Source: Candidatus Omnitrophota bacterium (GTDB lineage: Bacteria; Ratteibacteria; UBA8468; MWAK01). From it: DNA of 12,811 nt. Where the stretch lies: positions 1 to 12,811 of the forward strand of contig JAZDPL010000004.1 in the NCBI GenBank assembly GCA_043797665.1, given 5' to 3'. The notes under the pieces are model-generated. The model was not told the DNA's origin. It searched no databases and was given only the letters and a program-made list of their open reading frames with translations. The position numbers and the translations under genes are program-made. This document shows positions 8,737 to 12,811 of this stretch, piece by piece (position 1 is the first letter of the stretch; the number at the start of each line of letters is the position of its first letter).

Positions 8737-11389
8737 AGAGTTTATAAACTTCCTCGTCTATTTGGCGGTCAAGTTTTTCAATCTCTTTCTTCAATTGGTT
8801 GTGCTGGTCAGTTTTGGAAGATAATTTGCTCAATCGCTCGTGAAGATCAAGCATGAGTTTGGCAAGTTTTGCGATTTTCTCTTGCTCTTTCTCATCTGTG
8901 GTGGGAATTGGAAACATCGCCAGTTCTTTCACTTTAAATTGGGGGAAAGTTTTGCGTTGGAACTTGTCAAAAATATTCACAAACCAAAAAGTCGTAATTC
9001 TTGAATTTAGAACGGCAAGAACAAAAAACGGCTCAACACCATGAAAGTCGTAAACAATCATGCTATTGATGTCGTTCAGTAGATATTCTTTAGTGAATAC
9101 TGCGTTGATTGAATAAGGCGGTGGTGATGGAATTTGCCTAACTAAAATTCTTGGACTTGTAAACAATTTCTCATCTCTTGGTGCGGCTAAACACTCGCCA
9201 TATTTTAGCCACCAACCACCCCAATCTATTCCGTATCTTTTAACATCTTTGCCCTCTAAATACTTTCCATAATCAGCCCCGTCTTTTGACTTGCTATGAT
9301 AGATTCGAGCGTTTTTCATTGTGTCTGTTTGGGCCGGTTTTCCTTTGCCTGTTTCGTACGCTTTCAGTCCTGCTTTGACTATGGAAAATTGGTCTAGCAT
9401 TTTTGAGCCATCTTTAATTTTGTCTAATATCGCCATTTTGTCTTTGTTTTTCGCCAGTGAAATATTAATGATATAGTTGTTTTTCTTGAAAAGCGAAGCC
9501 GGGAAGTCGCCGACAATTTCAAGTTTCCCATTTCTAAATTCCCCAAGCGTTACATCGGTGGGTTTGCCTTTTTTGAAAATTAGTAGACAGGTATCAACGT
9601 TGGCGTCTTCAAAAACCTTATCGTAGATATTGATAATTTGAAGATTGCTGGTTTCTTCCAGTAGAAATTTTCTGAGCGGTGAAAAGGTGTCAATAGTCAA
9701 CCAGGTGTTGGGAATTATAAAACCGAAATAACCTCCTTTTTTGAGCAGGCGGAAAGAGTGGTCAACAAACAAAAGGTAAGTGTTTAACTGGTAATTGGCT
9801 AACGGAAAGTTGTCGTAGTAATACTTTTTTGTTTTCTCGTCGAAATGTCCACCGCGTGCGAACACATACGGCGGATTGCCGATAATCACATCAAAACCAC
9901 CTTGTTCAAAAACATCTTTGAATTCTTCTTCAAAGTTAAACGGTCTTTGTTCGCGATAGTCGGGGCCGAAATACTTTTCCAGAGTTTCAGCCGTTCCCGA
10001 CACAAGCGAATTGCCTGAATTTAAATTATGTTGAAGCGTGGGGAGTTTTGTTTTCTGCGTCAAAACTTTCAAAAGCAAGTTGAGTTGGGCGATTTCCACC
10101 GCTTGCGTATCAAGGTCAACGCCGAAAATATTCTCCTTGAGAATGTCAAACCTGGTAAAAAGCGAAGTCTGTGAATTTTGTTTTGTTACTGTTTCTAAAA
10201 TTTTGTCGTAGGCGGCAGTCAAAAACGAACCGGAACCGCAGGCGGGGTCAAGCACCTTAATTTTGGATATTTCTTTTGGTTTGGTTTTCTTTAAAATTTC
10301 ACCCAGCGTTTCTTCGACGATGAATTCAACGATATATTTCGGCGTGTAGTAAATACCCTGCGATTTCCGCTTGGACCTCTGTTTGTCTTCGCTTTTTCGC
10401 CCCTGAACAAAACTCAAATACTGCTCATACATTCCACCCAATACATCGGCGGAAATGGCGGAAAAATCATAGCGGTAGCCGTCTTTTGTCTGATAGAGCC
10501 CCTTGACCATATCTGCTGTCGGCTTGTCGTCTGCTACCCATTCCTCGCAGTAATGGGGCGCGAAAAGTTTTGAGTTGTAGCCGTCGTCAAAATCCCGGAA
10601 AATCCTGACAATCTGTTTGTAGACATTTCTGTTTTTTGCGCTTCTTTCCCATATCCGCAAAATTCCCAGAAGGACATCCGGTTCAATTTTCCGGTCTTCG
10701 GCGGTGCGGATAAATATAAGGCGGTCTAAAATCCGTTGTACTCCTTCGTCCAATTCCTCATTTGTGAGAACGTTTTTCTTTTTGAATTCTCTGGTAAGTG
10801 TTGTCCGCCAGGACATTAAGTCCTCAAAAAGTTTTTCGCTGACTTGTTTTCTTTGGACGAGTTTACCCCATTTTTCCGCTTCTTTATCAAGAAATCTTTG
10901 TTCAAAACTTTCTTTTGACAAAAGCCATAACTGGTCAAATCTTGAGATGAATTCGTGGTATTTTATTTCAATAAATAAATTTTGTGATAAACTTTTTGGC
11001 GGAATTTCAGCGTTAAATATCTTAATACTTTCAAAATCGGTGAGAATGGCCCAGGTTACGCTCTTATTCCAACTGTAGTTGATTGCCTGTTCCGCCCACT
11101 TCCACTCGTCTAAATCAACTTTCATCGCTTTGGCTTCCAAAAACACTATCGGGATATTATTCAAACGAAAAGCCAAATCAATTCTTCCGCCGGAAACATT
11201 TTCTTCGGTCGTCACTTCGTTGTCGGTGGTTAGGTTCCGCATATCCCAACCCAAGAATTCAAAAAGCGGCTCAATAAATTCGTTCCTGGTTTGGGCTTCG
11301 TTATAGAACTTAACTTTCCCGGCTTCAAGAATTCGCTGGTACTTTTCAACTAATTTCTCAATTCCTATCTTTGCTTCTTGTTTATTCAT
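8696..11389 (-). CDS. Type IIG restriction-modification enzyme (endonuclease + N6-adenine methyltransferase + target recognition domain; Eco57I/TaqI-C-like)
   Basis: N-terminal NEAQTR..IEPLF..LGWD and RIDLAF..FLEAK (PD-(D/E)xK, HsdR_N-like). Methyltransferase motif X GIYYTP, motif I VLDPACGSGSFL, motif IV IIGNPPY. C-terminal AVLNS and helical tail IDEEVYKLYGL. Confidence 0.93.
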   Translation of the reverse strand: MNKQEAKIGIEKLVEKYQRILEAGKVKFYNEAQTRNEFIEPLFEFLGWDMRNLTTDNEVTTEENVSGGRIDLAFRLNNIPIVFLEAKAMKVDLDEWKWAEQAINYSWNKSVTWAILTDFESIKIFNAEIPPKSLSQNLFIEIKYHEFISRFDQLWLLSKESFEQRFLDKEAEKWGKLVQRKQVSEKLFEDLMSWRTTLTREFKKKNVLTNEELDEGVQRILDRLIFIRTAEDRKIEPDVLLGILRIWERSAKNRNVYKQIVRIFRDFDDGYNSKLFAPHYCEEWVADDKPTADMVKGLYQTKDGYRYDFSAISADVLGGMYEQYLSFVQGRKSEDKQRSKRKSQGIYYTPKYIVEFIVEETLGEILKKTKPKEISKIKVLDPACGSGSFLTAAYDKILETVTKQNSQTSLFTRFDILKENIFGVDLDTQAVEIAQLNLLLKVLTQKTKLPTLQHNLNSGNSLVSGTAETLEKYFGPDYREQRPFNFEEEFKDVFEQGGFDVIIGNPPYVFARGGHFDEKTKKYYYDNFPLANYQLNTYLLFVDHSFRLLKKGGYFGFIIPNTWLTIDTFSPLRKFLLEETSNLQIINIYDKVFEDANVDTCLLIFKKGKPTDVTLGEFRNGKLEIVGDFPASLFKKNNYIINISLAKNKDKMAILDKIKDGSKMLDQFSIVKAGLKAYETGKGKPAQTDTMKNARIYHSKSKDGADYGKYLEGKDVKRYGIDWGGWWLKYGECLAAPRDEKLFTSPRILVRQIPSPPPYSINAVFTKEYLLNDINSMIVYDFHGVEPFFVLAVLNSRITTFWFVNIFDKFQRKTFPQFKVKELAMFPIPTTDEKEQEKIAKLAKLMLDLHERLSKLSSKTDQHNQLKKEIEKLDRQIDEEVYKLYGLTNEEIATIEQ

Positions 11390-11415
11390 CGTTATATAGA
11401 GCGTACGCAGGTATT

Positions 11416-11862
11416 CTAATCGTCTAACAATTGTGGGAAATTTTCCTTAAGCCAATTATGTACTATCTCTAAAAATTTTCCTGCCTCTTCAATTAATTCC
11501 TCAACCTCAGATTCTGAAATGCCACCGATGTGGCTGTAATCCGTTATATTCCGTTTTGTTCTGCAAGAATCAAAATAGTCTACCAGGTCATAATGTTCCT
11601 TACCCATTATTTCCCGTATTGCCTTAAACACAGTGGAATGATGCCCTACGCCTTTCGGTTTATACCCTCTGCAATAGACAACCATAATGGCTGACTGTAA
11701 AATCGCGTTGTAAGCAGTAGCAAATCTTCTGTCAGAGGAAACGCTTTTTACCTTAGCATCTTGTATGTCACGCTTTATGAGCCGCAATAAATTTCCAATC
11801 TCTTCTTTTGAGGTCTTATGGCGCGTCAAATTACCCTGATTTAATAATTCGCTTAAATTCAT
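11416..11862 (-). CDS. HEPN domain protein (putative toxin partner of the MNT)
   Basis: 148 aa from ATG 11862, with SD GGGAG 5 nt upstream. Helical HEPN pattern FATAYNAILQ..GHH..RTKRNITDY. Overlaps the nucleotidyltransferase gene. Confidence 0.82.
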   Translation of the reverse strand: MNLSELLNQGNLTRHKTSKEEIGNLLRLIKRDIQDAKVKSVSSDRRFATAYNAILQSAIMVVYCRGYKPKGVGHHSTVFKAIREIMGKEHYDLVDYFDSCRTKRNITDYSHIGGISESEVEELIEEAGKFLEIVHNWLKENFPQLLDD

Positions 11863-12421
11863 CTTCACTCCCGACAATAAATATCTTTTCTTCCTTCATT
11901 ACCGTATTCAGAAAATGGTCTTTTTGTTCTACCTTCTCCTTAAACTCTTCCACGTCAAATACTGCGTAGTTTATCTCACGGCTCAATTCCCTTTTGGGTT
12001 TAACCAGAATCTTGGAGAGAGCACGCGAACTAATGTTACCAACCACCAACAAATCAATATCACTTAAAGAACTCTCCTTCCCTTTTGCGTAAGAACCGTA
12101 GATAAAGGCAAAGGTAATATCATCCGACTTGCGAAGGTATTCTCTAAGAGATTCTGCTATCCCCGCACTCTTAAACAAAATCCTTTTTAATTCTTCAAAT
12201 ATGGGACAGATTTTATTGACGTTGTAATATACGCGGTTATCCTGTCCGAATCTCTCAATGAGACCAATTTCCTCAAGTTTATTTACCTCCCGCTGAACAG
12301 CACGTATGGGTTGATGTGTAAGAGTGGCTATTTGTCTTTGATAAAACTTTCCATCCGGATTAAATAGAAATAACTTTAAAATTTCCACGCGTGCCTTTGA
12401 AGAAAAAAGTTTATCCAACAC
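11831..12421 (-). CDS. Winged-HTH + minimal nucleotidyltransferase (MNT) fusion, putative antitoxin and autorepressor
   Basis: N-terminal LFSSKARVEIL..YQRQIA..AVQREVNKLEEIGLI (wHTH). C-terminal YGSYAKG..SDIDLLVVG (GSx10DxD, Pol-beta superfamily). GTG start at 12421 chosen because SD GGAGG lies 6 nt upstream. Confidence 0.9.
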   Translation of the reverse strand: MLDKLFSSKARVEILKLFLFNPDGKFYQRQIATLTHQPIRAVQREVNKLEEIGLIERFGQDNRVYYNVNKICPIFEELKRILFKSAGIAESLREYLRKSDDITFAFIYGSYAKGKESSLSDIDLLVVGNISSRALSKILVKPKRELSREINYAVFDVEEFKEKVEQKDHFLNTVMKEEKIFIVGSEDEFKRIIKSG

Positions 12422-12432
12422 GAACCACCTCC

Positions 12433-12471
12433 ATATACATTTTGTAGTCAATTATATACATTTTGTAGTCA
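12433..12471. repeat. Two exact 18-bp direct repeats ATATACATTTTGTAGTCA (12433-12450, 12454-12471); putative operators
   Basis: 21-bp period. Each copy holds the palindrome TACA-TTT-TGTA. They overlap the promoter spacer/-10 and the predicted transcription start. Confidence 0.85.
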
Positions 12472-12479
12472 TAAGTCAA
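12451..12479 (-). promoter_or_regulatory. Sigma70-type promoter of the MNT-HEPN operon
   Basis: Minus strand TTGACT (12479-12474), 17-nt spacer, TATAAT (12456-12451). SD GGAGGTGG at 12432-12425. Confidence 0.85.
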
Positions 12480-12510
12480 GTTTTCTGGCAGTAAAATTAA
12501 TTTTTAGAAA

Positions 12511-12583
12511 GCGGACCTGTCCGCCGACGTGTCCGCCGTAGCCTTGTGCGCAGGCGGAAGCTCGCCTTGTGAACGTAGGCGGA
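12511..12583. repeat. Cluster of nested REP-like palindromes (TCCGCC...GGCGGA) overlapping the tRNA 3' end
   Basis: TCCGCC at 12520-12525 and 12532-12537; GGCGGA at 12553-12558 and 12578-12583; GCCTTGTG repeated at 12541-12548 and 12564-12571; palindrome GCGGAC-CT-GTCCGC at 12511-12524. Confidence 0.7.
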
Positions 12584-12661
12584 GGGTGAGGGATTCGAAC
12601 CCCCATGGGCGTGAACCCGGCGGATTTCAAATCCGCTGCCTTACCGTTAGACTAACCCTCC
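12580..12661 (-). tRNA. tRNA-Ser (anticodon UGA), CCA not fully encoded
   Basis: Minus strand: acceptor stem GGAGGGT/ACCCTCC with discriminator G; anticodon arm GCGGA-TTTGAAA-TCCGC; variable arm GGG-TTCACG-CCC; T arm GGGGG-TTCGAAT-CCCTC. Followed by CCT. Confidence 0.95.
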
Positions 12662-12739
12662 GTAATTGTCCGGAAGCCATTGCCAATCCGGCGTCTCCGC
12701 TGTTCCGGCGGAAACCAAAGCGACTTCCTTTTCTCCAAG

Positions 12740-12760
12740 GTATGACAGGTGTATGACAGG
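12740..12760. repeat. 10-bp direct repeat GTATGACAGG x2 with an 11-bp period
   Basis: Copies at 12740-12749 and 12751-12760. The minus strand reads CTGTCAT-ACAC-CTGTCAT. Confidence 0.6.
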
Positions 12761-12811
12761 ATTCTTTCCAAATTCAGACAAACAATAAAACTTTGTAAGA
12801 ACGCAAAAACC

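Larger units (their letters stand above)
7291..12510 (-). mobile_element. Putative horizontally acquired defence cassette downstream of tRNA-Ser (no integrase in the window)
   Basis: Visibly more AT-rich than the rtcB exteins, etf and fusA. Contains TA-like, RM and hypothetical genes. Adjacent to a tRNA 3' end and flanked by similar short repeats. Confidence 0.6.

Noticed and set aside
345..11306. Numerous short ORFs in the ORF track (e.g. 345-785, 930-1241, 2624-2965, 4494-4886, 7706-8029, 10704-11078 on +; 655-840, 1273-1500, 2017-2229, 2724-2978, 3171-3368 on -)
   Set aside because: They are antisense or out-of-frame shadows over clearly recognisable genes and carry no recognisable motifs.
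11863..11877. Longer start (MSGVK) for the HEPN ORF
   Set aside because: ATG 11862 has a well-spaced GGGAG SD, which lies inside this extension.
12422..12451. N-terminal extension MTTKCIWRWF of the MNT ORF
   Set aside because: That start coincides with the -10 element and operator. The SD at 12425-12432 points to GTG 12421 (or TTG 12418).
12433..12471. CRISPR-like repeat
   Set aside because: Only two 18-bp copies with a 3-nt gap, overlapping a promoter, and no cas genes. Better explained as operators.
12580..12661. tRNA-Sec or opal suppressor reading (TCA visible on the plus strand)
   Set aside because: The T-loop and discriminator orientation place the gene on the minus strand with anticodon UGA. 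The 7-bp acceptor stem and G discriminator fit tRNA-Ser.
12529..12756. 75-aa plus-strand ORF
   Set aside because: It is antisense to tRNA-Ser and runs through the palindromic repeats. The RVRDSNP peptide is the typical translation of a reverse-complemented tRNA T-arm.

Overview
All genes in this bacterial window lie on the minus strand. In transcription order (right to left): tRNA-Ser(UGA); a cluster of short TCCGCC/GGCGGA palindromic repeats; a visibly AT-richer ~5.2 kb accessory or defence cassette; then a GC-richer, tightly packed run of rtcB, etfB, etfA, fusA and the 5' end of tuf. The cassette holds an HTH-nucleotidyltransferase + HEPN pair with a near-consensus sigma70 promoter and tandem operators, a Type IIG restriction-modification fusion enzyme, and an overlapping unannotated 460-aa protein with a C-terminal Rx4H HEPN-like motif. 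rtcB carries a 512-aa LAGLIDADG intein at its catalytic Cys, and etfA has an N-terminal 2x[4Fe-4S] domain. Most notable: (1) a candidate RM-coupled HEPN RNase system directly upstream of an RNA-repair ligase; (2) the cassette has no integrase but is bounded by matching CGGAC..TGTCCGCCG repeats, and the right-hand cluster overlaps the tRNA 3' end, which reads CCT rather than CCA; (3) fusA-tuf lacks rpsL-rpsG and fusA overlaps an orphan bifurcating-type ETF gene. All calls come from reading motifs by eye. No database search or computation was run.
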